A stretch of DNA of 42,573 nt from Methanotrichaceae archaeon (GCA_963803145.1 CAWDLW010000036.1:1-42573); one strand, 5' to 3'; positions 21,790 through 31,688 are shown, numbered from the stretch's first letter. A program made the numbers and translations. The notes: a model not told the origin generated them from the letters alone.

Positions 21790-22207
21790 TTGTTTTCCTT
21801 ATACCATTAATAACTATCGGAAAAACATCAGGAATCAGCGAAATGATATCTGAGAGTACTGATGGAAATATTCAGGCACCCTAAAAAGGATAACGACGAT
21901 CTCAAGGAATGGAGATTAGGCAGGTCATGAGAGCTGCTGGCTTACCGGCTGTGGATGCTGAATAGAATACCTCAGAGTTAGATGCAGAATATTACGGGAA
22001 GCTTATGTGGGGGCCGGGTCCAAATTCGCTTTATTCTCCAATTCAGTGGGCTTCAGGCGAGTGAACCTTTAACCATATCTCCATTATGGGTGATAACCCT
22101 GGAGTCTGGGAATTAAGTTAGCTTGGCTATAAGGCTTTGGAATGGTTTCATCACCTTCCCAGAATTATGACTGGGTGCCTGTTAGCACAAGGCTCTTTCG
22201 AGAACTG

Positions 22208-22363
22208 TTACTCCTCGATTTTAACGCCATGCCTGCCGAAGAACTCAATTAATGCTTCTTCGACTACCTGGCTTTGAGCATGCAAGCTGCTTTTGGACAG
22301 TACGGTGTAAACCTTCAGGGTCTTGGCTATAGGTTCGGACAACGTCAGTGTAGTTTTGGGCAT
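22208..22363 (-). CDS. RHH paralogue 2 (51 aa)
   Basis: MPKTTLTLSEPIAKTLKVYTVLSKSSLHAQSQVVEEALIEFFGRHGVKIEE*. Confidence 0.85.
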   Translation of the reverse strand: MPKTTLTLSEPIAKTLKVYTVLSKSSLHAQSQVVEEALIEFFGRHGVKIEE

Positions 22364-22400
22364 TGATCTACTCCTATCCAGTCGTTGTTTATATATCTTA

Positions 22401-22424
22401 TGGTATCTTAGAATTTAGGTACTG
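22401..22424 (-). promoter_or_regulatory. Triple 8-bp box, copy 2 (CAGTACCT AAATTCTA AGATACCA)
   Basis: 37 nt upstream of the RHH2 ATG, followed by TAAGATATATAAAC. Confidence 0.62.
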
Positions 22425-22481
22425 AATGCTTTCCCTTAATCGAGAGAAAAGCTTAATCATCTTCGAGCCATATTTAATTCT

Positions 22482-23585
22482 ATGGAGATCGGCCGTCGGT
22501 TTGATATCGTCGTTGATATTAGCATCCTGATGGTTTTCATCTTCACTATATATATGTCAAAGGATTTCCTTTCTGCTGTCCCTTTGAGCATAGTTCTGAT
22601 CTATCTACTTAAACCCGTATATAGAGGTATTTTCCGGCTCACCAGGCATGAGGGGCTCTCATCTTTTTTTTCCTTGATGGTAGTGTTTGCAGTAATACTG
22701 GCAGTGCTCATCGGACTATCTGACGTCCTTTTGATCGAGATATCGAACATACAGAAGTCAGGAGCTCTGTCAGCCATCAGGCTTTCCAGCATTTCGAATC
22801 ACTTTATTCTCTGGATGAATAGCAGTCTTCCGGCGCCTTTGGTCGTATATGTGAAGGGAGTAGGCGATATTCCCTCTGCCATTGCCTACTGGATGATTCC
22901 TAATATAGAAGTGCAGCTATCCGGTTTTGTTTCCAGCTTGCCTATATTATTTGCTGAGTCCCTAATAGCGGTAATCTTCACGTACTACATGCTCATTGAC
23001 GGCAGACATGTCTTAGATCGTGCTGTCGAACTGATGCCCGAGACTAAAAGAGTGAAATTCCGCTGTTTTCTCCAGGAGCTGGACAGCATATACACAACCC
23101 TTTTTACTGTCTACTTCACTACTGCAATAATTTCTGGTAGTCTGGCAGCCCTCGGATTCTACTTGCTGGGCATACCCTATCCCCTGGTTTGGGGAACACT
23201 AGTGTCCGTCCTCGCCCTGATTCCCTTTCCGGGCCCTCCGTTGGTATACGTGCCCATGGCTGTCTATTATTTCCTGATCAAGGACTTTCAAATGGGCATC
23301 GTTATTCTGGTTTTTGGAGCAATAGTCATCACATTGGTACCCTCCAACATCATCGGCCCACAGTTGGCCTTGAAGACTGCTAGGATACATCCTATCTTAA
23401 CTTTGCTGGCCTTTATCGCACCTATCTTCGTTTTGGGAATCGTTGGAGTGATCGTAGGACCGATGTTTTACGGGCTTCTCCTGGCAATTTACAGGACTGA
23501 AACGTATTACAGACCACATTCCACAGTTATGATTTCGAAAAGCTATGATTATATTGATGACTCATCTGACTATTCTCTGCTATGA
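22482..23585 (+). CDS. AI-2E family transporter
   Basis: YLLKPVY, YYMLIDG, LIPFPGPPLVYVP, IHPILTLL, GIVGVIVGP; multi-TM; divergent from RHH2. Confidence 0.9.
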   Translation: MEIGRRFDIVVDISILMVFIFTIYMSKDFLSAVPLSIVLIYLLKPVYRGIFRLTRHEGLSSFFSLMVVFAVILAVLIGLSDVLLIEISNIQKSGALSAIRLSSISNHFILWMNSSLPAPLVVYVKGVGDIPSAIAYWMIPNIEVQLSGFVSSLPILFAESLIAVIFTYYMLIDGRHVLDRAVELMPETKRVKFRCFLQELDSIYTTLFTVYFTTAIISGSLAALGFYLLGIPYPLVWGTLVSVLALIPFPGPPLVYVPMAVYYFLIKDFQMGIVILVFGAIVITLVPSNIIGPQLALKTARIHPILTLLAFIAPIFVLGIVGVIVGPMFYGLLLAIYRTETYYRPHSTVMISKSYDYIDDSSDYSLL

Positions 23586-23860
23586 CCGAGACCAGTTAAT
23601 ATCCTCATGCAGAAAAATTACTATATCTATATTGTTCAACCGAATAATTAACTGTCTGCAGGCAGAATTTTTAAAATCAAACCTGTAATGTAAAAAAATT
23701 CGATGAAATTTATGCCGTTACCCACACCATCTGGTAGATCCACAGGGATGATCTGGTTCTTGCACAATTCACAGTTTTGGACAAATTCTTTTGAAATGGC
23801 TCCCACTGTATACCGCTAAAGAGCTCAATCCAAAATATGCGTCCATATATAGTTAATCTC

Positions 23861-24388
23861 CTAGCTTTTTGCACTAAGAAATCGCTCCACCCAGGACTTT
23901 GAATATCCATCCTTTTTGGAATAAAATATTTCTAAAGCGCAATCTTGGCTAGCTATAATAGCTTCATCGAAATCAGTGTATTTGGCGATCTCTCTTTTGA
24001 AATCCTTCCAACCGAATTCTATAGGATTCAAATCTGGTGAATAGGGGATATTATAAATTAAGTGAATATCGATTTCCTCAGCTAGTTTTCTAAATTTCTT
24101 GGCCAAATGAATTCTAGCATTATCTAAAAGTATACAAATTGGCCTCATAATATTATTATTTCTTATATTTTGAGCAAATGCCATCAACGCTTCCTTCTTA
24201 GAGGAGTTGGAAACCATAACCTCATCATTGCCATTTAATGCTATAAATCCAAAAATAGTTCTTGATCTAACCTTTCCAGGTTTATAATTTATTAAATGAG
24301 TGTTTAAGACTCTACGTGTATTAGGGCGCTGTTGTAAAGAGCTTTCATCAAGAAATCCTATAACAGGATCAGTAACTGTGGTCAGCAC
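23861..24388 (-). CDS. IS630 transposase, C-terminal DDE part
   Basis: FLDES, ILLDNARIH, PYSPDLNPIEFGW. Confidence 0.9.
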   Translation of the reverse strand: MLTTVTDPVIGFLDESSLQQRPNTRRVLNTHLINYKPGKVRSRTIFGFIALNGNDEVMVSNSSKKEALMAFAQNIRNNNIMRPICILLDNARIHLAKKFRKLAEEIDIHLIYNIPYSPDLNPIEFGWKDFKREIAKYTDFDEAIIASQDCALEIFYSKKDGYSKSWVERFLSAKS

Positions 24389-24866
24389 TGATTTTATCCT
24401 TTTTTAAAAAACTTTCTGCATCTGCAGGCCTCTTTTCATTTCTGATGTATGGTTTCCCATACTTAACTTTTTTCACTACTCTTAAAATTCGCCAGCCATA
24501 TTTATATGAAAAATCTATACCTCTTGTATCCCTTACATATTTTAATACGTCTTTTATCGTCATTCCTTTGTCTTCAATTTCTTTAATAACTCTATCCCAT
24601 TCATCAAGAGACATCTTTGGCTTTTTGCCATTTCTATTCTTTGGTGTCAATCCATTATAGCCATGATTATTCCATCTGCTTAACCAATATTTTATTGTCC
24701 TCTCGCCCCTTTTTAAAATATCAGCTACCTCATATACGTTTTTCCCTTCATATAAATGTATTATTGCCAATAACCGTTCCTTAATCCTTAGATCAGTCTC
24801 TTTTTTATATAATTTATCAAGGTCTATCTTTGATATATGCCTAATTATTATAGGTTTTCTACCCAT
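24369..24866 (-). CDS. IS630 transposase, N-terminal HTH part
   Basis: KERLLAI...EVADIL...TIKYWLSRWN..G..GL.PK; ends just after a T6A6 run. Confidence 0.88.
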   Translation of the reverse strand: MGRKPIIIRHISKIDLDKLYKKETDLRIKERLLAIIHLYEGKNVYEVADILKRGERTIKYWLSRWNNHGYNGLTPKNRNGKKPKMSLDEWDRVIKEIEDKGMTIKDVLKYVRDTRGIDFSYKYGWRILRVVKKVKYGKPYIRNEKRPADAESFLKKDKISADHSY

Positions 24867-25179
24867 GCCTATGTATTTTCACGCATTAATTATTAAATGT
24901 ATCTATAGGGCAATAAGCTCAATGATTAACTATAGTTTAATGTTATTACCTGCTGAGATATCCATCGATATGCTAACATCACATACCCCAATATTGCAGG
25001 CACTAGAGCAATTAAAGATAACACTATAGCATAATGTCATGCAGCATGGTATTGCCTAACAGAAATATGTGAGATTGATAGTAGCGAGGTTCGATGACCG
25101 AAATATACCTACCATCAATCTTGGAAATTTTTTATTTTGGGTTTGGCTGGTGGTTATGCATTTTCTCTAAGACATGTAT

Positions 25180-25842
25180 TCAAGGCGTCGTTGATCCAGG
25201 CTGAGCCTGAGCGAACACATCCACTATGACCACGTTGCTGGGCTGGTTGTTCACCACAAAGTAGAGCATGTGTCTTCCAACCTGGTCGGCATAGAAATTC
25301 ATTGTATTATAACCTGGGTTGAACTGATAGGTGCTATACTTCGAACTGGTTGTGTCGGTCTGGATCATCTCATAGAAGCCCGCAGGCCCTCCAACTGGCG
25401 CATTGGCGACCAGCTGCAGCCAGGTTCCGACTGGACATACCACATACTGTGTCCAGTTTGTTGCTCCCTGGATCCAGAGGTCATTGGTCTTGGATGGCAC
25501 TGTGGATACATACTGGGAGTATGGCAAAGCTTGGCCGTTGCCGTAGTATATCCTTGATGGCGTTCTCTGCGCTATATTAAACGTTGTAGGATTGCTGATT
25601 ATACCGCCTACTACAGGCGTACCAGAGGATGTATAATACTCTGTGAAGGGCGAGAACGTGGTACCGCTATATGGTTGGCTGTAGAAGGAACCACCAGAGG
25701 AGCTGTACCAGGGGAAGTAGTTGTCTGGCTGATTGAGCCAATTCTCCATACCTGTTAGCCCCGGATCAGAATTCTGTGCATATGCCTGAAAGGTAAGGCA
25801 GACAAGCACCGTCATACACAGCAAAATTTTGCTAAATTTCAT
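25180..25842 (-). CDS. Secreted protein, short paralogue of 27214-28200
   Basis: Signal peptide; NDLWIQGATNWTQYVVCP...FYADQVGRHML...SNVVIVDV; nearly identical to the N-terminal ~215 aa of 27214-28200. Confidence 0.85.
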   Translation of the reverse strand: MKFSKILLCMTVLVCLTFQAYAQNSDPGLTGMENWLNQPDNYFPWYSSSGGSFYSQPYSGTTFSPFTEYYTSSGTPVVGGIISNPTTFNIAQRTPSRIYYGNGQALPYSQYVSTVPSKTNDLWIQGATNWTQYVVCPVGTWLQLVANAPVGGPAGFYEMIQTDTTSSKYSTYQFNPGYNTMNFYADQVGRHMLYFVVNNQPSNVVIVDVFAQAQPGSTTP

Positions 25843-25942
25843 TTTAACACCTGCTATTGCTTAAACCGGCTTCTTAGACTTTCTAAAAGCATTCAAAGTT
25901 TTAAGGATAGTAGCGGTCTGAATCTGACTTATAATTTTGAGA

Positions 25943-26011
25943 CTATTTCAGTGCATTAGCCTTAACCTTCCCTAAATTGGCCTTCGTCTTATCCACATTT
26001 TTATTTATCAT
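25943..26011 (-). pseudogene. Collapsed remnant of the Ala/Lys-rich gene (22 aa)
   Basis: AAGGAGGAATCAAAAAA ATG: MINKNVDKTKANLGKVKANALK*. RBS shared with the 28461 and 38220 copies and N-terminus similar to paralogue A; divergent from RHH3. Confidence 0.6.
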
Positions 26012-26072
26012 TTTTTGATTCCTCCTTTTGAGGTTCTAACTTTTGATATTATGTCTTTAAATAAAAAGCTTT

Positions 26073-26096
26073 TGGTATCTAAATCTTGAAGTACCA
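26073..26096 (+). promoter_or_regulatory. Triple 8-bp box, copy 3 (TGGTATCT AAATCTTG AAGTACCA)
   Basis: Preceded by TTTAAATAAAAAGCTTT; 39 nt upstream of the RHH3 ATG. Confidence 0.7.
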
Positions 26097-26135
26097 TAAT
26101 CTATATGAACTAAGAGCCTAGTAAGTTAATGTATA

Positions 26136-26285
26136 ATGCCCAAAATTACATTGACACTATCTGGACCGGTAGCCGAAATGCTGAAGGTTTACAGTGTACA
26201 GTTCAAAAGGAGCTTGCGGGCTCAAAGCCAGGTGGTGGAAGAGGCATTAATAGAGTTCTTCGAGAAGCACGACTTTAAAATCTAG
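26136..26285 (+). CDS. RHH paralogue 3 (49 aa)
   Basis: MPKITLTLSGPVAEMLKVYSVQFKRSLRAQSQVVEEALIEFFEKHDFKI*. Confidence 0.83.
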   Translation: MPKITLTLSGPVAEMLKVYSVQFKRSLRAQSQVVEEALIEFFEKHDFKI

Positions 26286-26727
26286 GATATAACGCGAAAA
26301 TGATAGTACAATGAAACACTATGTTTAGGCTGATTTTGGTGCTCCTGCGTTAATTACCGTTTCCAGGAGATCAGTTATCTTGTATGTTCACACCTGCAAA
26401 GTCGGAGGGTTGTGACACTGATACTCTCTTCCATCTCCAGATCTGTCAAGATGAGCCTTACTACTTCCTGTTTCGTCCTAGTGTGATCATCCACTCGATC
26501 CTCCCATCGCGCTAGCTTATCACCATGACCGATAAGCTTCTAGGGATTTTATGACCTTGGCTCGAAGAAGGCATTTCAAAAGGTAGACTTTAAAGGCTTT
26601 GATGGAAATTTTTAGCTCGATCGCATTTAGTTCAGTCGAACTCCCCACGATGAGATTGCCAAACGTAAGGAAAGCGTTATCAACTAAGGGAACAGAGAGA
26701 TTCGTGTCCATAGGAGGGAGACTCGAA

Positions 26728-27060
26728 ATGAGCAACAATGTTTTTACCGAGAAAGACCTGGATGTGTTGGAGAAAAAGGTCTTTGGCCGAATCATAGATA
26801 TGTGGAGCATGGGAAGTGAGGAAGATCCCTATTCCCAGAGTACCGAATCTGAAGTTATAAAATATTCCAAGACGGATGGACTTTCTGAGGAACAGATTTT
26901 GAAGATACTAAAGAACCTGGAGGATTATAAACTGATCCATATGGATGAGGTGAACGGCGAAGCATATATTAAATATAATGTCGAAGCTGTTCATGTAGTC
27001 AAAGAGCTTCAGAAAACCGCGTATGTACATAGCAGAACAAAGTTCGTACCACATCATTAA
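26728..27060 (+). CDS. Hypothetical protein, possible winged-helix fold
   Basis: GGAGG RBS before ATG 26728; GLSEEQILKILKNLEDYKLI resembles a wHTH recognition helix and wing. Confidence 0.6.
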   Translation: MSNNVFTEKDLDVLEKKVFGRIIDMWSMGSEEDPYSQSTESEVIKYSKTDGLSEEQILKILKNLEDYKLIHMDEVNGEAYIKYNVEAVHVVKELQKTAYVHSRTKFVPHH

Positions 27061-27213
27061 AATGGTATCAGAAAGCTTTTGTTCCTGTCGACCCGGAGAT
27101 TGATGCACCGTCTGGAATCGACTTGAGAATAAATGTGGCCTAATACTGCCTGGCACATAAAGCTTTCAAGGCTTGATATCTGAAAAAATATGATAAAAAA
27201 GAGAGGAAAGCCG

Positions 27214-28200
27214 TTAACTGTACACGGCTGTTCCGGGCTCGACGTTGATTATCTTTGACACCCCACTCTGGAAGTATATTCTCTTGGGGTAGTTGAACTG
27301 GCCGTCGAAAACCCTTATGTCATGGTACATGTTTCCTTTAACGCTAAAGCTGAAGCTTCCATCTCCAGAGGTTTCTTTGCCTATGTAAACCTCGTCTAAG
27401 TAAACATCGTAGCCCCGCATTCCATTGGACTTGATGGTCACCGGCACGTCTCCAGAAGCTAGTCCAGGTGTTTGCTGGGGGTTATATTGTGGGGATCCGG
27501 TCGATATTTGTCCCCCATAAGGCACTGCTGGGCTTGTTGATGGCACGGCTGACCCTGGTTGTGCCTGAGCAAACACGTCCACAACGACCACATTGCTGGG
27601 CTGGTTGTTCACCACAAAGTAGAGCATATGTCTTCCAACCTGATCGGCATAGAAATTCATTGTATTATAACCTGGGTTGAACTGATAGGTGCTATACTTC
27701 GAACTGGTTGTGTCGGTCTGGATCATCTCATAGAAGCCCGCAGGCCCTCCAACTGGCGCATTGGCGACCAGCTGCAGCCAGGTTCCGACCGGGCTTACTA
27801 CATACTGTGTCCAGTTTGTTGCTCCCTGGATCCAGAGGTCATTGGTCTTGGATGGCACTGTGGATACATACTGGGAGTATGGCAATGCTTGGCCGTTGCC
27901 GTAGTATATCGTGGATGGCGTTCTCTGCGCTATATTAAACGTTGTAGGATTGCTGATTATACCGCCTACTACAGGCGTACCAGAGGATGTATAATACTCT
28001 GTGAAGGGCGAGAACGTGGTACCGCTATATGGTTGGCTGTAGAATGAACCACCAGAGGAGCTGTACCAGGGGAAGTAGTTGTCTGGCTGATTGAGCCAAT
28101 TCTCCATACTCGTTAGCCCCTGATCAGGATTCTGTGCATATGCCTGAAGTGCAAGGCATGAGAGTGCTGTCATTAACAGCAAAATTTTGCTATATTTCAT
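27214..28200 (-). CDS. Secreted protein with a C-terminal PEGA-like domain
   Basis: Signal peptide; same core as 25180-25842, plus a Pro/Ser linker and VTIKS..RGYDVYLDEVYIGKE. Confidence 0.85.
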   Translation of the reverse strand: MKYSKILLLMTALSCLALQAYAQNPDQGLTSMENWLNQPDNYFPWYSSSGGSFYSQPYSGTTFSPFTEYYTSSGTPVVGGIISNPTTFNIAQRTPSTIYYGNGQALPYSQYVSTVPSKTNDLWIQGATNWTQYVVSPVGTWLQLVANAPVGGPAGFYEMIQTDTTSSKYSTYQFNPGYNTMNFYADQVGRHMLYFVVNNQPSNVVVVDVFAQAQPGSAVPSTSPAVPYGGQISTGSPQYNPQQTPGLASGDVPVTIKSNGMRGYDVYLDEVYIGKETSGDGSFSFSVKGNMYHDIRVFDGQFNYPKRIYFQSGVSKIINVEPGTAVYS

Positions 28201-28318
28201 TTTAACACCTGCTATTGCTTAAACCGGCTTCTTAGACTTTCTAAACGCATTCAAAGTTATAAGGAGATGGACAGGCAAATAGCGAAAAGGATATCAATCT
28301 GCCTGAATTATTTATTGT

Positions 28319-28461
28319 TTATTTCCGTACATCAGCCATCTTTTTTCCCTAGGTTAGTTCGCCTTTTCAGCATCGGCTTTTGCATGTGCCGTCTTGTTCC
28401 CTATGTCAGACATTGCTTTCTTAGTATCAGCTTTCGCTTTCTCTGCCCTATCATTTGCCAT
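28319..28461 (-). pseudogene. Short Ala/Lys-rich paralogue with an apparent 2-nt deletion
   Basis: MANDRAEKAKADTKKAMSDIGNKTAHAKADAEKAN*. The shifted frame continues NLGKKMADVRK*, matching the end of 37927-38220 (IGKKIADAQK). Confidence 0.75.
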
Positions 28462-28521
28462 TTTTTGATTCCTCCTTATATGAATCTAAATCTAATAGGA
28501 TGTTATTACATAAAAAGATTT

Positions 28522-28545
28522 TGGTATCTAAATTTCAAGATACGT
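28522..28545 (+). promoter_or_regulatory. Triple 8-bp box, copy 4 (TGGTATCT AAATTTCA AGATACGT)
   Basis: 36 nt upstream of ATG 28582. Confidence 0.62.
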
Positions 28546-28578
28546 AAGTCTATAAATACAAAGACTCTTTAATATAGA

Positions 28579-29805
28579 GTGATGCAAAAAACTACATCGA
28601 CCTTATCCGAACCGGTGGCCAAAACTCAGAAGGTTTTCACCGTACAAACCAAAGGCAGCATGCATGCCCAGGGCCAGGTGGGTAAAGAGGCCTTAAAAGA
28701 AAGTCCCCGAGTAACATCCCTCACCGATATCGACCTGCACGCCCTGGCAGAAGAAAAAGATGAACTTGATACCTTCCTGACAGTTTATTTTAGAGCTACC
28801 GGTAGGGATAGCGACCAATCCTTCGTGGCATCGAGGCTGAGTGCCATCCAGAAAGCCCTGCCCAAAGACCGGTTGGTGGCCTTTGAAGAGACGCTTGGTA
28901 TGGTCGAGCACGCCTTGTCAGCCCCTGCAGTGAAAGGCGAGCGTGGCAGGGTCATCTTTGCCTCGGCCCCTAATGGCTTCCTGCAGATCTACAGAGTGAG
29001 CATGGAGCCAGAGCCGCTGGTTGTTTGGGATAGCTCACCATTCCTACTCCCCCTGGCAAAGCTGAGAGAAGAGTACCAGGACTACGGGCTTTTGCTCATC
29101 GACTCTCAGGAGGCCCGGCTCTTCCTGGTGAAGTCTGACCTGCTGGAGGAGAATGAGAAGGCCTCAATAGACCTCATGAATAAGCACAAGAAGGGAGGTT
29201 GGAGCCAGATGCGCTACAACCGCCTCAGGAGAGGGCAGATCCATTCATTCTTCACCCAGCTTATAGAAGATCTGCAGAAGAATGAAGATCTGTCCAGGAT
29301 GCGCGGCCTGGTAGTGGCCGGGCCAGGTGAGGCCAAGGGCCAACTAATAGAGATGATGCCTCCTGCTCTGAAGGATAAGGTCCTGGGGGCGGTGGACACA
29401 TCCATGGAAGCCCCCTCAAGAGACCTGGCGAGGCAGGGAAAGGATCGTGCCGATGAGGATGAGCGGTCCAGAGAAAAGGTGCTAGCTGAAAAGCTAAAAG
29501 AAGCCGTGCTACGTGGACATCCTGCGGCCTATGGTCTGATCGAAGTCAGAAATGCCCTGTTGGAGGGAAGAGTGAACTGCCTTTTGATCACAAAGGGATT
29601 TGCCCTGCCTGGAATGATCTGTAAAAGCTGCTATCACATTGATTCGAGTGGAGAGAAGTGCCCAACCTGTGGCAGTGAGGCAGCTGCACTTAGCCTGGAG
29701 AACCTCTACGAGCTGGCAGAAAATATGGGAACTGAGGTAGTTTTGGTAGAGGACGACGCTTTCCTGGAGAGCATCGGGAATTTAGGGGCGATACTGAGGT
29801 ACTGA
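28579..29805 (+). CDS. aeRF1-superfamily (baeRF/Vms1-like) protein with an N-terminal degenerate RHH (paralogue 4)
   Basis: N-terminus QKTTSTLSEPVAKTQKVFTVQTKGSMHAQGQVGKEALKE matches the RHH family. It is followed by LLLIDSQEARLF, HKKGGWSQMRY, VVAGPGEAK, AAYGLIEV, CKSC...CPTC and GAILRY. Confidence 0.88.
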   Translation: MMQKTTSTLSEPVAKTQKVFTVQTKGSMHAQGQVGKEALKESPRVTSLTDIDLHALAEEKDELDTFLTVYFRATGRDSDQSFVASRLSAIQKALPKDRLVAFEETLGMVEHALSAPAVKGERGRVIFASAPNGFLQIYRVSMEPEPLVVWDSSPFLLPLAKLREEYQDYGLLLIDSQEARLFLVKSDLLEENEKASIDLMNKHKKGGWSQMRYNRLRRGQIHSFFTQLIEDLQKNEDLSRMRGLVVAGPGEAKGQLIEMMPPALKDKVLGAVDTSMEAPSRDLARQGKDRADEDERSREKVLAEKLKEAVLRGHPAAYGLIEVRNALLEGRVNCLLITKGFALPGMICKSCYHIDSSGEKCPTCGSEAAALSLENLYELAENMGTEVVLVEDDAFLESIGNLGAILRY

Positions 29806-29874
29806 TAGAATTTATGCTGATCGCCTCTAGCAGGCTGGCCAAATTAAAATATGGCGGTTTGAAGGATGGCTAGA

Positions 29875-30180
29875 TCATATCTGTCGCCTAGGCCATAAAG
29901 AATAAGGTCCTGCAGGAAGAGGGGATAAGATCATCTTATCGATAGTTTGTGCTCCATCGCTCGCAGCCTCGTTGGCATAAGCGAACCGTATGCCTGCTTC
30001 AATAGCCTCTACAGTCAAGATATCCAAGCTATAAAGACGGGCATCGTAGTACAGGCTGAGCAGATCACCATCCTCGGTGCCAGCCTGCCCCACGCAATCT
30101 AGAAAATTTTCAACACACCCTCGGATTACTCCGTGACGAGATGCAAATTCATCAATATCCTTAGTTGATAGCGTTCGCAA
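29875..30180 (-). CDS. Hypothetical protein
   Basis: 101-aa ORF with a TTG start preceded by a G-rich RBS-like stretch. Confidence 0.55.
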   Translation of the reverse strand: MRTLSTKDIDEFASRHGVIRGCVENFLDCVGQAGTEDGDLLSLYYDARLYSLDILTVEAIEAGIRFAYANEAASDGAQTIDKMILSPLPAGPYSLWPRRQI

Positions 30181-30226
30181 CTGGGATGCCCCCCATTAAT
30201 GGGAGGTTTAAGTGTATATAACTTAT

Positions 30227-31624
30227 CTGTACTCTCCAAGTTTCTCACCAATTTATAATCTCCATTCTATATCAAGTCATATCTTATATCCCTGTTCTTT
30301 GATTAGATAGAGTAAACCACTATCAGGAACTGGCAAATTAAAGTATTGTAATACATATATAAAGGCATCAATGAATGCTTGAGCCTTTATACTATCTATC
30401 ATATCTCCAATCGTTCTATTTTGTTGATTTCTTTCCACTGGTGGGTTTTTGAGTTCATATAAAACGATAGCTGTCCAGACTGAGAAAACCATCTGAATAA
30501 ATCTTTCAATTGATCGTTTTCCTCTTAATTGATAATCCTTGAATCCCAATTTTTGATTTGACTCTCTATGAGCAGTCTCAATATCCCACCTATCCTCATA
30601 AATAGAAAGGATTTCTACCAAAGATAGTGAACAATTGGTGCTAATAAAGTAGTTGGCGTCACCATTTTTCTTTTTCTTTGAGATGACTAGCTTTACTTTG
30701 CCAATCTTATCTAAGATGACTTCTTTTTCGATTGCATAATATACCTTCTTCTTGCCGCGAACTTGGACTGTAGTTCTTCTATAATAAATTTCGTCAATCT
30801 GATTTGCCAAGTCCCTGACCTGAAAGGACATATCCTTATTTATCCATACCTTTTTATTAGACTTAATTTCACAAACGACTTGATGACCTAAGTTCAGGCA
30901 TTTAGTTATAAAATCAGCAGAAAACCACCAGCTGTCGAAAACAACATAAAGACTCAAGCCTTTTGGTATTTTTAAGGGCTCGATGATATCTTTATAAGCG
31001 ATTTCTATTTTAGTCATGAAATCTTCACTGCTGTCTATCTCTTTAGTATACATTTTTGCTTTATGTGGTATAAATATACCTCTAGATTGGAGGACTGAGG
31101 TAACAAAGTTGTTACCCATAATATAGTCATCTTTGCAATGATCGTAAAACTTGCCCACGCCATCAGTACATTTCCCTTCCTTTTCATTATATGTATCGTC
31201 TATAATTAATAATATTTTGTCGCTTGCACTTAACTGAAGAGCTTCTATAAATAGATCCGCACTGCGCTGAGCTACTTCGTTCTCATCCCAGATTGCATCA
31301 CTAAAGAACCAATTATAGGAAGAGCGTGATTTCGTACATTCTCGATCCTTTGCCATAGCATCACTAAGGTGTGCGATGGTCTTAGATTTATCACATACGC
31401 TCAGTGCTGAAATCATATCACAGAAAGAATTATAGCTCGGTATGGTGAATAAATCTTTAAATTCTTTTAGAAATGGCTCTAACTGTAATGGAATCTTAAC
31501 TAATTTGATCATGACATAGTAAAATACTTTTATAAATAAATCTATTTTGTATCAAGAATTAATTTTAATGGTAAAAGAAAATATAGCTATAAATATAAAG
31601 CTATGAAAAAGTTGGAGAGTACAG
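30227..31624 (-). mobile_element. IS701-like (DDE) insertion sequence, 1398 bp
   Basis: 21-bp IRs CTGTACTCTCCAA(G/C)TTT(C/T)TCA; 8-bp target duplication TAACTTAT at 30219-30226 and 31625-31632. Confidence 0.92.
30277..31512 (-). CDS. DDE transposase (IS701-like)
   Basis: LIIDDT..EK.GK..DGVG, VVFDSWW, YEDRWDIETAHRESNQKLGFKDYQLR. Confidence 0.92.
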   Translation of the reverse strand: MIKLVKIPLQLEPFLKEFKDLFTIPSYNSFCDMISALSVCDKSKTIAHLSDAMAKDRECTKSRSSYNWFFSDAIWDENEVAQRSADLFIEALQLSASDKILLIIDDTYNEKEGKCTDGVGKFYDHCKDDYIMGNNFVTSVLQSRGIFIPHKAKMYTKEIDSSEDFMTKIEIAYKDIIEPLKIPKGLSLYVVFDSWWFSADFITKCLNLGHQVVCEIKSNKKVWINKDMSFQVRDLANQIDEIYYRRTTVQVRGKKKVYYAIEKEVILDKIGKVKLVISKKKKNGDANYFISTNCSLSLVEILSIYEDRWDIETAHRESNQKLGFKDYQLRGKRSIERFIQMVFSVWTAIVLYELKNPPVERNQQNRTIGDMIDSIKAQAFIDAFIYVLQYFNLPVPDSGLLYLIKEQGYKI

Positions 31625-31664
31625 TAACTTATGCGAATTGCAATGTTTTTAAATAAAAAGCTTT

Positions 31665-31688
31665 TGGCATCAAAGCATTAAAGTTTCA
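31665..31688 (+). promoter_or_regulatory. Orphan triple box A (TGGCATCA AAGCATTA AAGTTTCA), no RHH gene downstream
   Basis: Preceded by the conserved TTTAAATAAAAAGCTTT. Confidence 0.55.

Larger units (their letters stand above)
23850..24932 (-). mobile_element. IS630-family insertion sequence (~1083 bp)
   Basis: Imperfect ~25-bp terminal IRs starting TAGTTAATC, flanking TA dinucleotides (23848-49 and 24933-34), AT-rich, split transposase. Confidence 0.9.

Noticed and set aside
26599-26727. Extended N-terminus of ORF 26599-27060
   Set aside because: A clear GGAGG RBS precedes ATG 26728, so the upstream part is probably not translated.
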